In this document: one piece after another, positions 19,163 to 28,220 of the stretch
Layout of the letters: each line of letters begins with the position of its first letter
Numbering within the stretch: position 1 is the stretch's first letter
Virus record (IMG/VR): IMGVR_UViG_3300042893_001701
Location: 5,982 to 69,981 of that record
Strand: one strand, 5' to 3'
From: a virus
DNA length: 64,000 nt
Translations under genes and position numbers: made by a program
Notes under the pieces: model-generated
What the model saw: only the letters and a program-made list of their open reading frames with translations
What the model was told of the DNA's origin: nothing
Databases searched by the model: none

Positions 19163-19369
19163 TTAATCCTTCTTTTCTACGTAACAGACTTCATAGCCCA
19201 TTAACGTGTTTTTAGTTTTTCTAAACTTGTTGTTAAGCGCCAGTGAGACCATTGGTCTCGACACAGTTATGTAAATGGCAACTTCTTCTTGTGTGTGAAA
19301 GATCTTCCATGTATCTTCATCTAGTTTACGCACACCGATTAAACCACGACGATGTTTACGTTTAGTCAT
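19163..19369 (-). CDS. Small NUMOD1-like HTH protein
   Basis: IFHTQEEVA...VSRPMVSLAL...GYEV pattern. Confidence 0.55.
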   Translation of the reverse strand: MTKRKHRRGLIGVRKLDEDTWKIFHTQEEVAIYITVSRPMVSLALNNKFRKTKNTLMGYEVCYVEKKD

Positions 19370-19556
19370 TGTCTACCTCTGTTAGTTGATGCTCTTCGAA
19401 CGTCCAGCCTTCTGGTACTACAGGTAATGCGACAAGGTAGTTGTTACCTTCTAGGATTTGTAAAACCTTGCCGACCATCCCTGGGTTAATCTCTTTGTGA
19501 ATATCCCTGAGATAAATTTTTTTAACTACAACTTTAGTTCCAACCTTAAATGCCAT
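19362..19556 (-). CDS. Small SH3/KOW-like protein
   Basis: FKVGTKVVV...GMVGKV...FEEHQL; RBS AAGGAG. Confidence 0.6.
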   Translation of the reverse strand: MAFKVGTKVVVKKIYLRDIHKEINPGMVGKVLQILEGNNYLVALPVVPEGWTFEEHQLTEVDND

Positions 19557-19566
19557 ATAGTCTCCT

Positions 19567-19749
19567 TTATCTTTTACGACGAAGCTTTTCTTTTGCTTCC
19601 TTCTTTAATTGTAACTCAACTTCTAGGTACCCAAGTTTATGTTCTAACTGTGTACGAATCTTTGGATTAGATTCCATCCTAATGGTAATCTTTAAAAACC
19701 GAATGGCTGCTTCTGGTGTTTCGAATGTTCTGCCTAAGACTTTAATCAT
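19567..19749 (-). CDS. Small basic hypothetical protein
   Basis: RBS AAGGAG; packed in the operon. Confidence 0.6.
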   Translation of the reverse strand: MIKVLGRTFETPEAAIRFLKITIRMESNPKIRTQLEHKLGYLEVELQLKKEAKEKLRRKR

Positions 19750-20132
19750 ACTTCTCCTTTTGATACCGCCGGATATACTCGGACAAGATCCTTAAGTGTT
19801 CCAGGTCGGTTTGCGTAGATACGTTTAGATAACAGTTCTTTAGTTAACAAGTATGTCGGATTGTTTTCATTGAAGATAATGTAGTAGTAGAACTCTGTAC
19901 CGTGTCGGCATATATACTTATCATAATACAAATACTGTCCTGCGATTTGGAAGAAATCTTTAATTAATAATCGTCCGTCGGTTTCGAATACGTTGTGTTT
20001 ATAGATTTGATACAAGGTTGTTGCTTTAACTAACACGGCGTTGTCTCGCATACTGTTTAGCTCTTCAACATTGTGTTCGATCTTATGGCAATCAGGGCTA
20101 ATGAACTTTACGAAGAAGTCTAGGGTTTTCAT
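19746..20132 (-). CDS. Hypothetical protein
   Basis: ORF with 4-bp overlaps. Confidence 0.65.
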   Translation of the reverse strand: MKTLDFFVKFISPDCHKIEHNVEELNSMRDNAVLVKATTLYQIYKHNVFETDGRLLIKDFFQIAGQYLYYDKYICRHGTEFYYYIIFNENNPTYLLTKELLSKRIYANRPGTLKDLVRVYPAVSKGEV

Positions 20133-20305
20133 AAGTTACCCCCTACTAAATCTTCAAGGTCTTTAATAGACACAACTTTTTCACCTTGCTTTGTCATTAT
20201 CACAATTTGATTGTCAACTATCTTGATCTTAAGTCCTGTCTCTTGGTTGAGGTAGGTTCCGTCTGGTCCTTTAACGAAACCTAGGTTAAGCAGATGTACA
20301 TGCAT
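20129..20305 (-). CDS. Small hypothetical protein, 58 aa (MHVHLLNLGFVKGPDG...)
   Basis: Translated by hand; TAATG coupling to the helicase and ATGA overlap downstream. Confidence 0.6.
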   Translation of the reverse strand: MHVHLLNLGFVKGPDGTYLNQETGLKIKIVDNQIVIMTKQGEKVVSIKDLEDLVGGNL

Positions 20306-21891
20306 TATAGATTAAACTTACTGATTTCATTATCGAAGAATACTGTTCGCTTGACGCCTTGCACATAATAGGACCCGTTCTTATGTACAATCGTAGCTTT
20401 GGCTAAGTATCCTTCGACTAGATTTTGGAACCCGTTCGTTCCTTTGTTTCGTATCGGCTTACGTCCGTTGGCTTTGCAGTACTGTTCATACATCCGATAC
20501 AGTTCACTACGTAGCATTTCATCTTTTGGATTGGCAGTCACTTGTAGACATTCGTTCCAGTACATCCCGATGATGTCAGAGTCTTGTCGATACTGATTAA
20601 ACTTTTGTTCGATGCCTGCTGGTTTTGGTACTTGTTTAAGTTTGATTCCCTTGTGCTTGAAGTAATTCAGATACAACCAAGCTTGGATTTTAGGGTACTC
20701 TTGTGCCAGCTTATTAAGAAGGTGGGGGTCTTCATGGGTAATCTTGAAATCAAATGGAACTAAGATAAGTCTTTTAAAGATTGGATCTAACGCTGACCAG
20801 TCACCGAAGTTAACTAAGCTGTTGGCAATCACAACTGGTGTTCCACAGACGTTAACTTCATAGTTACGACTATAAGCCGGTCTTACTACGGTCATGATTT
20901 TATTACCGAACTCATCACGTCCACCTTCGGTTAAGTCTTTAATGTTTTGTGTGGATGCGATCATACGTTCGTCGACTTCGTTAAACAGTAACAAGCTTCT
21001 ACCTTCAGTCGCTGCAAGGGCGTCATCTTTCTTGAACGAAGATTGTGGTTGTGAGTTAAGCAACTCAGAGTTCATACGGATGGCATGGGGTCCAAGAATA
21101 TCTTGTAGCACTTTGATCACGGTTGACTTACCATTACGTCCTGACTCACCAAGAAAATAAATCATCACTTGGTTGTAGTTGTAGGGGCTCATCAAGTATG
21201 CTAGTACTTTATGGAAGTATTCGACTTTGTCTTTATCACCTAACATGTATTGTTCAATCAGCTGCAACCATAAGGTTGGCTCTTCGTCTGTCGTGTTGAT
21301 TGGCACAGGACTGATGTGCATCAAGTGTAAGTCTTGGGTATCTTTAAAGGCAACCGTTCTAAGATTGAACTGTGGTTGACTCATGTCTAGTAAGGCACGC
21401 TTCCCGTCTACGGTGTTGAAGTATCTGAGTTGCTCTGTCGCATTGATAATGTCTGCACTCTTATGTATGGTGAATACAATGGCAGTCTTGATCCGTGCGG
21501 CTAAGCTGTTCAGTCTACCTGGAACAAAGAACGACTTTGCGTATCGGTAGAAGATACTGTCCTTCGCTGCGTCAGCTTCTTCGGCAACGATACTAAAAAA
21601 GTCAGTGAGCATATTTCTTAGTTTCGTTTCATCTTGTTCGAACGCCCATAGTCCACTCGTGTTGTCATAGAACAGCATTTGTTCTTTGTCTTCCACGTAC
21701 TTGAAGTATGAACCTAACCACTGGAACGTCTCTTGCGGAATCGGGATCGCACTGTCGCTGGTTAGTTCAGCAACGAACGCTTTGATCTCTGGCTCCGTCA
21801 CACCTGTTCTGTCTTGGAATTGAAAAACTTCCTTAACATGTTTACGCAAGTGCGCTTTGTAACTCGTCAAATAGTTATTAAAACCCGCCAT
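20305..21891 (-). CDS. D5/P4-like superfamily 3 helicase
   Basis: Walker A GESGRNGKST, Walker B LLLFNEVD, motif C IANS, Arg finger FKRLILVPF, C-terminal winged helix ELYRMYEQYC. No primase motifs seen. Confidence 0.85.
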   Translation of the reverse strand: MAGFNNYLTSYKAHLRKHVKEVFQFQDRTGVTEPEIKAFVAELTSDSAIPIPQETFQWLGSYFKYVEDKEQMLFYDNTSGLWAFEQDETKLRNMLTDFFSIVAEEADAAKDSIFYRYAKSFFVPGRLNSLAARIKTAIVFTIHKSADIINATEQLRYFNTVDGKRALLDMSQPQFNLRTVAFKDTQDLHLMHISPVPINTTDEEPTLWLQLIEQYMLGDKDKVEYFHKVLAYLMSPYNYNQVMIYFLGESGRNGKSTVIKVLQDILGPHAIRMNSELLNSQPQSSFKKDDALAATEGRSLLLFNEVDERMIASTQNIKDLTEGGRDEFGNKIMTVVRPAYSRNYEVNVCGTPVVIANSLVNFGDWSALDPIFKRLILVPFDFKITHEDPHLLNKLAQEYPKIQAWLYLNYFKHKGIKLKQVPKPAGIEQKFNQYRQDSDIIGMYWNECLQVTANPKDEMLRSELYRMYEQYCKANGRKPIRNKGTNGFQNLVEGYLAKATIVHKNGSYYVQGVKRTVFFDNEISKFNL

Positions 21892-21952
21892 GTCTTTCTC
21901 TCCTATCTTGGAATTTCTCCGTCACCATCGGAGTTTTTCCTGCTATGATACA

Positions 21953-21981
21953 AGTATACCATAGCAGTTTTTATTTGTCAA
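21953..21981 (-). promoter_or_regulatory. Consensus sigma70/sigmaA promoter
   Basis: TTGACA-17 bp-TATACT with TG extension, upstream of the helicase operon. Confidence 0.8.
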
Positions 21982-22014
21982 CACATACGACACAGAAAAT
22001 ACACAGACTGTAAA

Positions 22015-22683
22015 TTACTTCTTGACAAGTATGTCGGCTTCGTATAGGAAGTCATCGGTGTCTTCGGTGACCCAAGCATGTTCTTGCTCGCAACTATATT
22101 CTTGCGTGTTGATCTTCCACGGTTTACCTTCATACTTCTTTGTCACGAAACTTGGTTCGTACCATTTCAAGATCCGATTGTTAGGCTGTAGGGCAAACTG
22201 TCCTGTCTCCAACATGATGAAGTGATGGGACTTATGTTCTTGCGGATCTTCGGATAACGTGAAGTCCATCCCGTTGTTCTCGTTAGCTCCCCACTGGATC
22301 GTGTACAGGTAAGTACCTTCGAGCGTTGTCCGGTTTTTCATCCTGACATCGACACTAGCATTATACACATAGTTCAGGGTTACTAAGCTGAATACTTTAG
22401 AGAAGCAGTCCCATAACTGTAGACTATGGAACGGGTAAGTCTCCCAGACCTTTTCGTCTTCTGGTATCTTCCATGCCAAGGCAGAGATCGGTAATTTGTC
22501 CCGCATCATGCCATACTCGGTCAATACTTGGAACAAAGCGGCAGACCCTTCGTTACATCGGATCGAGATCAAGATCGCCTTGGTATACTTGCCTCGGTAA
22601 ATAGGATTCTCAGGATCATCGAAGAAGAACCCATCTCGTACGAACACCTTCATTGGCGGCAAACTGGCTTCAATGTATGGCAT
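22015..22683 (-). CDS. Conserved phage protein of unknown function
   Basis: DKLPISA / LQLWDCFS / EHKSHH / QPNNRI blocks, recalled from a widespread phage hypothetical family. Confidence 0.65.
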   Translation of the reverse strand: MPYIEASLPPMKVFVRDGFFFDDPENPIYRGKYTKAILISIRCNEGSAALFQVLTEYGMMRDKLPISALAWKIPEDEKVWETYPFHSLQLWDCFSKVFSLVTLNYVYNASVDVRMKNRTTLEGTYLYTIQWGANENNGMDFTLSEDPQEHKSHHFIMLETGQFALQPNNRILKWYEPSFVTKKYEGKPWKINTQEYSCEQEHAWVTEDTDDFLYEADILVKK

Positions 22684-22703
22684 GTTTAAAACCTCTTGGT
22701 CTT

Positions 22704-22712
22704 AGTATAACA
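22704..22712 (-). promoter_or_regulatory. Extended -10 promoter (TGTTATACT)
   Basis: Just upstream of the RBS of the first leftward gene. Confidence 0.5.
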
Positions 22713-22849
22713 CACCCTGCACTGTTTGTGCACCTGCTTCTGGTAAGACAAGCGGTTGCGACTTCACGTCCTACGAAGTCTTAGCTTTAAGGTGCCATCT
22801 CTAAATGAGGCATTCGGCGATTCTTGACGGATATCGTGCGGTATTTGAC

Positions 22850-23145
22850 GGTTAAGTAGTGTAGGTAGTATAAGTGAGGGTATCCCTTAGAGTATCCTAT
22901 GGATGGCTATATGATATATATATATATAAGGAGATAGAGTACTGGTAGTAAATACTTTATATATACTACATATACTACTTATACTACTTCCTTCGTCTGT
23001 GACGCACAGGTTTCTTATAGGGTTATGCTATTGTTATACTACCATTGGGAAATTGGTTGCTAATATATATTTATATATATTATACCCCCCACATCAAATC
23101 TCATTTAAGAACCACCCCCCCCCTATACCCCTATAGGTCACCTCT
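22850..23145. repeat. Low-complexity control region with TATACTAC repeats, (TA)n tracts and C-runs
   Basis: TATACTAC x3 near 22962-22988, inverted copies near 22853-22873, (TA)n near 22915-22928 and 23063-23083, C-runs at 23085-23131. Confidence 0.6.
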
Positions 23146-23549
23146 CTCTACACACACCACATATTAAATAACATATGTACTACAACAATAGGTACACGTA
23201 AAAACGTCATACCGCAAGGTATCTACCTTTTCCGCGCGACAGAGCCACAATAACCCGCAGGGCACAGTAAACTTCCAGTTTACGATTAGTGCATCGTAGA
23301 TGTTATTAGGCTCCACACGTGTTAATACCCTTGGATTCATAAGTTTTTCGAGTACCTCTATTTGTCACTACATATACTATGTATATGCACTCTTTCCATT
23401 AACCCTTTATTACTTTTTATACTCCTATCCCACACACCAAAGTTCCCCGCCCTGCGTCACTGCCGTTCCGACCGAGCCCAGCAAGGATTGCTTTAAGACT
23501 TCGTCCACGTCATTAATTCTAGCCACATACCCAAAAGGAGGGAAAAATT

Positions 23550-23789
23550 ATGGCAAAAGTTGTTGATAAACGTGACTTCTGTGAACTCAGTGAAGTTCGC
23601 GCCCGCGAAGGGTACAATACCAAGACCGGTAAGAATACCGGCAAGGTATCTTCTCTTGTTTCCCGTAGGGGAAACCCAGTTACTGCCCTTTATGATATAA
23701 AGGACTTAGGAAAACGAGTTGCTGACGCAACCGTTATCTCCTACCTTGAAACTTTTTTCAAGGAAGGTTCTGAACCCTCGGACAAGTAA
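23550..23789 (+). CDS. First rightward (early) gene, hypothetical
   Basis: Strong RBS AAAAGGAGGG. Confidence 0.75.
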   Translation: MAKVVDKRDFCELSEVRAREGYNTKTGKNTGKVSSLVSRRGNPVTALYDIKDLGKRVADATVISYLETFFKEGSEPSDK

Positions 23790-23999
23790 GTCCGAGGCGT
23801 TCGCCTCTTACAGGCCAAGCCTGATCTCGACTATATAACATAGTAACTATTCAATAGTTATGTAATCAAATGTGGGATGTTCCCACTTAGGTTTTAGTAC
23901 TTTCCACATAAAAAAGTACATTATGAACTAACAGGGTAACTCCCTTAACAGTTCACCAATAGGGTAATGACCTACCATTACGCTTACCTAGGAGGGTAT

Positions 24000-24263
24000 A
24001 TGCAACAATTAATGATCTTATCTGTCTACCATGTTCCTACATTAGAAAAACTTTATATTAAAGTTGTTAATGTAGATGGTCCACGTTATGTTTTAAATCT
24101 TGTCATGGATAAACAAAACGCTTCTGTGTTTAACCATACTCAAGCCTCAGAACTATTAGAAGATTTTCGTTCACATAACAAAGACCAAGCTTACTTCTCT
24201 GATGAATCTCTTCATACCGAAATGAAACAAGGTTTGATTGAATTTCATAAGGAAATACTATGA
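24000..24263 (+). CDS. Hypothetical early protein (start MQQLMIL)
   Basis: RBS AGGAGGG before the ATG at 24000. Confidence 0.65.
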   Translation: MQQLMILSVYHVPTLEKLYIKVVNVDGPRYVLNLVMDKQNASVFNHTQASELLEDFRSHNKDQAYFSDESLHTEMKQGLIEFHKEIL

Positions 24264-24445
24264 CCTTCGAAGAATTCTGTAAACAAGCTGAAGCATCTCC
24301 CTTTACCTGGGAGATCTTCGGCGAAATGAATACACTTCTTCACGAAGGATATTCAGAACAACAAGCTTATAGAGAAGCACTACAATTAGGATATGACTTG
24401 GAACAAGAAGCATTACGTTTTGAAAAAATATTTACTGGGAGGTAA
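24260..24445 (+). CDS. Small acidic hypothetical protein
   Basis: ATGA overlap with the upstream gene. Confidence 0.65.
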   Translation: MTFEEFCKQAEASPFTWEIFGEMNTLLHEGYSEQQAYREALQLGYDLEQEALRFEKIFTGR

Positions 24446-24452
24446 ATTAAAT

Positions 24453-24644
24453 ATGGAAAATATTCAAGCCCAACAAATTTTACTTACTGTAGACGACCTT
24501 ATTCGTATTGACCAAATTCAAAAAGAATTAAGTGCAATCGAAGAAGGCTATACTGACATGTTAGACGGAAATGAAACCGTCACAGATAGAGCCCTTAGAC
24601 TTGCATACGAACTTCTTAATATTATTAATGGAGGTATAAGATAA
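24453..24644 (+). CDS. Small acidic hypothetical protein (start MENIQ)
   Basis: RBS GGAGGT. Confidence 0.65.
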   Translation: MENIQAQQILLTVDDLIRIDQIQKELSAIEEGYTDMLDGNETVTDRALRLAYELLNIINGGIR

Positions 24645-24820
24645 TGAAAAAACTTCAAACTAAATACGCCCAACGTACTGAGCCCGATTACGTACTGTTC
24701 GAAGTGCTCCAAGCACTTCTTACAGCGCGTAGTAAAATCCGTAGTAAAGATGTCAAACGCTATGAAGATAAACTACAAGTAATCATCGATCAGCTATATG
24801 CTGAACTGAAAGGAATGTAA
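24644..24820 (+). CDS. Small hypothetical protein, 58 aa (MKKLQTKYAQ...)
   Basis: Translated by hand; RBS GGAGGT; TAATG coupling. Confidence 0.6.
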   Translation: MKKLQTKYAQRTEPDYVLFEVLQALLTARSKIRSKDVKRYEDKLQVIIDQLYAELKGM

Positions 24821-24822
24821 AC

Positions 24823-25599
24823 ATGGCAATCAAAGGTAAAGATATTTTGGTTTACTTAACCATCAAATATCAAGGCGATTGGAACCAAGTCTATCAAGCA
24901 ATTAAAAATAAAGAACTTGTTGATGAAGTAACTGTATCTGAAACACTTAACAAGTGTGAAGGAAAATACGTTACCATTATCGACGATAACTATCCGGAAA
25001 AACTTAAAAAAATATACAAGCCACCGTTTGTATTATTTTATAAAGGTGATCTAAACCTTATCAACGGTACGAATGTTTCTATCGCAGGATCAGACGACTC
25101 AAGTACTTATACTTATGAATTACTAAACAAAGTATTAAAGAAAACATTAAGTAAGTATAAAGAAATTACAATTGCGTCTCTTGTATCTGGTGCCTATGAT
25201 AACGAAATCTATTCAATCTATGGAAAGAATAGAATTTTAGTGTTTAACAGAGGCATTGAACAATTCGATAAAAACGCAGACCTTATCATCTCTGAATACC
25301 CAAGTCAATCAAACAATAAAAAAGAACATACACCTTGGGCATACCGTATCTTAGTAGGCATTTCAAATGCTTTACTTATTCCAGAAGCCAAGCGTAAAGA
25401 AGATACACTTATTGCTGCAGGCTATGGACTCTATCTTGGTAAACCACTTGGTGTGTTCGCACAACAAGAAGTTAAAACAGATGGAACCACACAGCTAGCT
25501 AAAGATGGAGCATTACTTATCAGCACTGCTGAAGAGTTAGCTAAACTTACTCAAGTTACACCGCAAACAAGCGGTAATGTACCATCTGAAATGCAATAA
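24823..25599 (+). CDS. dprA: DprA/Smf-like DNA processing protein, degenerate core
   Basis: YVTIIDDNYPEKLKKIYKPPFVLFYKGDLNL hallmark, IISEYP, and LAKDGA..I...EE. Confidence 0.8.
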   Translation: MAIKGKDILVYLTIKYQGDWNQVYQAIKNKELVDEVTVSETLNKCEGKYVTIIDDNYPEKLKKIYKPPFVLFYKGDLNLINGTNVSIAGSDDSSTYTYELLNKVLKKTLSKYKEITIASLVSGAYDNEIYSIYGKNRILVFNRGIEQFDKNADLIISEYPSQSNNKKEHTPWAYRILVGISNALLIPEAKRKEDTLIAAGYGLYLGKPLGVFAQQEVKTDGTTQLAKDGALLISTAEELAKLTQVTPQTSGNVPSEMQ

Positions 25600-25715
25600 A
25601 TAATATGTGGTTGTGCATAAGCACCACGTAAAAGACTTAACGTACCCTTTCCCCCTAGAAATAACGGTAAGTCTTTCCACACAATTTTCCATTTAATCCA
25701 AAGGAGGATATAAAC

Positions 25716-25985
25716 ATGGGAAGAAAAGTTATTGATAAAGTTTTCGACACTATCGTACGTATGGATGTAACCATTCGTGTTCATGCAAACAGTAAAGATG
25801 AAGCAGCTGCTTGGATTAATGAACGCTTTGTTAGCTCATTAACACTAGGTCATGGTCACATTGCTAATACTTCAGAATTTATTCCTCTTGAAATGTTACC
25901 TACAATTCAAGAAACAATTATTAAAAAAGTTAAACGTCCACGCCGTGTTAAATTAACTTCAGTTCAAGTAACCACAGGAGAATAA
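25716..25985 (+). CDS. Hypothetical protein
   Basis: RBS AAAGGAGG. Confidence 0.7.
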   Translation: MGRKVIDKVFDTIVRMDVTIRVHANSKDEAAAWINERFVSSLTLGHGHIANTSEFIPLEMLPTIQETIIKKVKRPRRVKLTSVQVTTGE

Positions 25986-25987
25986 CT

Positions 25988-26440
25988 ATGGGTCTTGATA
26001 TGTATTTATTATCTAGTAAACGTGGTGAAGTTATGACTTGGCGTAAAGCTAATCATATCCATGGATGGTTTGAACGTAAACTAAAAGGTGTTGATAATCA
26101 AGCACAACATGCAGTAACTTATGATGCACTTGAAGATCTATTAATGGATTGCATCAGTGTCAAAGATTCTCTTATTGCAAGTGGTACAGAATTAAAAGAC
26201 ACTGTTATTGAAGAAGGATTTAAAGACGGTCAACCATATAGAAAAATTGAACCACGTCCTCACTTTAAAAATACTAAAGTTGCATTAAAATTACTACCAC
26301 CTACCCAAGGATTCTTCTTTGGTAACTATGATATAGACGAATGGTATCTTAAAGATATCGAAGATACTATTGAAAAATTAAGTACTGTACTTTCAACAAA
26401 AGAAAAAGGAGAACGGTTTTACTACCATGCTTGGTGGTAA
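25988..26440 (+). CDS. Conserved phage hypothetical protein (MGLDMYL...WRKANHIHGWF...GFFFG...AWW)
   Basis: Motif set recalled from a widespread phage family. Confidence 0.75.
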   Translation: MGLDMYLLSSKRGEVMTWRKANHIHGWFERKLKGVDNQAQHAVTYDALEDLLMDCISVKDSLIASGTELKDTVIEEGFKDGQPYRKIEPRPHFKNTKVALKLLPPTQGFFFGNYDIDEWYLKDIEDTIEKLSTVLSTKEKGERFYYHAWW

Positions 26441-26445
26441 GACTA

Positions 26446-26591
26446 TTGCACTGACTGGTTTATTACTTTCGCTTCGGGACAAGCTCAAAGTTAACTATGA
26501 TTACTAAACTCTAGGAGTTTATAAAATTTTTAACAACGACAGGTTCCCACCAACCGAAACATCTTGGGTTCGATTCCCTTGTAGTGCAACC
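26446..26591 (+). ncRNA. Putative tRNA-like structured RNA
   Basis: Terminal stem TTGCACTG/TAGTGCAA, T-loop GGG-TTCGATT-CCC, and internal stems. Confidence 0.4.
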
Positions 26592-26598
26592 TAATCTT

Positions 26599-26757
26599 AT
26601 GGAAAAAAGAATTATGTATCAATATCTCAAACGATTCATAACAACATATCGTACTCGTAAGAGCTATGATCCTATGATGTTACGAATCTTTGAGATACTA
26701 CTAGCCGAGATTGAATCAGAAATTATATCTAATTATATGAAAGGTAAACAAAAATGA
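26599..26757 (+). CDS. Small hypothetical protein, 52 aa
   Basis: Translated by hand (MEKRIMYQYLKRF...); ATGA overlap with the next ORF. Confidence 0.45.
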   Translation: MEKRIMYQYLKRFITTYRTRKSYDPMMLRIFEILLAEIESEIISNYMKGKQK

Positions 26758-26957
26758 AACACCATCTTATTGGTAAATTAATTGTCATCGTCTATATGGA
26801 CGGTGAACCACATTACAATGGACGACAAGGTATTGTTAATCACGTTGATGACATCGGTCAACTTCATGGTACATGGGGTGGACTCGCAATCAATCCACAA
26901 GTTGATAAATATATTGTTGTTAATCAACAAGAAGAAAGAGGTCCAGCTTATGACTAA
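26754..26957 (+). CDS. DUF4314-like small protein
   Basis: G.V.HVDDIGQLHGTWGGLA...D pattern. Confidence 0.65.
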   Translation: MKHHLIGKLIVIVYMDGEPHYNGRQGIVNHVDDIGQLHGTWGGLAINPQVDKYIVVNQQEERGPAYD

Positions 26958-27111
26958 AAGTAAATTGTATGCACTCATTGCAAATCTAATTCAAGAACTT
27001 CTTGACTTAGGATATGAGTACAAAAATTTAGTATGGATGTTAAAGCAATACGGTATGTCTGAACAAGACATGAAAGATTGGTATGGTATTCCTTATGACG
27101 AAAACGACTAA
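26950..27111 (+). CDS. Small hypothetical protein (start MTKSKLY)
   Basis: RBS AGAGGT; 3' part of track ORF 26782..27111. Confidence 0.6.
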   Translation: MTKSKLYALIANLIQELLDLGYEYKNLVWMLKQYGMSEQDMKDWYGIPYDEND

Positions 27112-27313
27112 ACGTTTAGAAACTTTATCTAAAAATATTATTAAAATCATTCGTGAATTTAATGATATTCCTACTGAAAATTTAAGTATTCTTTCTAAAA
27201 GACTTGGCCTATTAAAAGAATTATCAAATGCCTTACCTGTAATTAATGAATTAATTAATCAATTAGAACTTGATGAACAAAACTTTAGTGTCGGTATGAC
27301 AACGGAGGATTAA
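27095..27313 (+). CDS. Small hypothetical protein
   Basis: ORF packed in the operon. Confidence 0.55.
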   Translation: MTKTTKRLETLSKNIIKIIREFNDIPTENLSILSKRLGLLKELSNALPVINELINQLELDEQNFSVGMTTED

Positions 27314-27314
27314 C

Positions 27315-28208
27315 ATGACAACACAAGATATTATTGTTCGCATGCGCGACGATATTGCTAAAGGTATTGTTAAAGTTGTATCAAGTGATGGGTATAGATA
27401 CTATACAGACACACTTACAGAACAACTCATCGTTCCTATTACAACACCAGATGAAACGGCACAGTTGTACGAACGTATAATTATAAACGCAAGCCAAGCA
27501 AGACAAGAAGCTAACAAAGATTTGTTTAGTACAATGCCACGCGTGTCTATGTTCGTAGGTCAACCAGATACTGGTAAGACATATCGAGCAGAAGAAATTG
27601 CTAAGCAATGTGGTATTACACCACTCTTTAAAATGTGTAGAGATAATTTAAATCTCGAAACATTATTAGAAGACTTCAAATTAATCGATGGTAAACCAGT
27701 GTTCGATGAATCATTAGCTATTAAATATATGACAGATAATGATCGACACATTATTATCTTTGACGAATTCAATACACTATTAACTGGTGTTATGAAAACG
27801 ATGCAACCATTATTTGATGACACTTCAACCACATTCGAATACCGTGGTAAAGTGTATAAGAAAAATATGAATTGCAAATTTATTGTTACACTTAACGATA
27901 AAGATAAAGGTATTAGTGTCGTGCCTGACGCAATTTTATCACGTGTTGAACTTACATTTTTTGATCCTGTTACAACCAATGTGATTTCTAAATGGACAAG
28001 TGTACCTATTGAATGGATTAATAATCTATTTAATATTTATAAAGTGTTAGGCATCACCAACATTTTTGGTACAAGACAAATTAAAATCTTGTCAGGTAAA
28101 ACAATTGAGAGAATTAAAAATCACCTCTATGGTTTATGCAAAATGACAAAGACAGACGATAAGTTACTTGATACATTACAAGTCCAACAACTCATTAACA
28201 AATTATAA
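27315..28208 (+). CDS. MoxR/dynein-related AAA+ ATPase
   Basis: Walker A GQPDTGKT, Walker B IIFDEFN, sensor I VTLN, Arg finger DAILSR, sensor II GTRQ. Confidence 0.85.
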   Translation: MTTQDIIVRMRDDIAKGIVKVVSSDGYRYYTDTLTEQLIVPITTPDETAQLYERIIINASQARQEANKDLFSTMPRVSMFVGQPDTGKTYRAEEIAKQCGITPLFKMCRDNLNLETLLEDFKLIDGKPVFDESLAIKYMTDNDRHIIIFDEFNTLLTGVMKTMQPLFDDTSTTFEYRGKVYKKNMNCKFIVTLNDKDKGISVVPDAILSRVELTFFDPVTTNVISKWTSVPIEWINNLFNIYKVLGITNIFGTRQIKILSGKTIERIKNHLYGLCKMTKTDDKLLDTLQVQQLINKL

Positions 28209-28220
28209 AGGAGGTTAATC

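Noticed and set aside
22850-23145. Possible CRISPR array
   Set aside because: Repeats are 6-8 bp with no regular spacers.
23300-23566. 88-aa ORF in the divergence region
   Set aside because: No RBS, low-complexity composition, and it overlaps the RBS of the real first gene.
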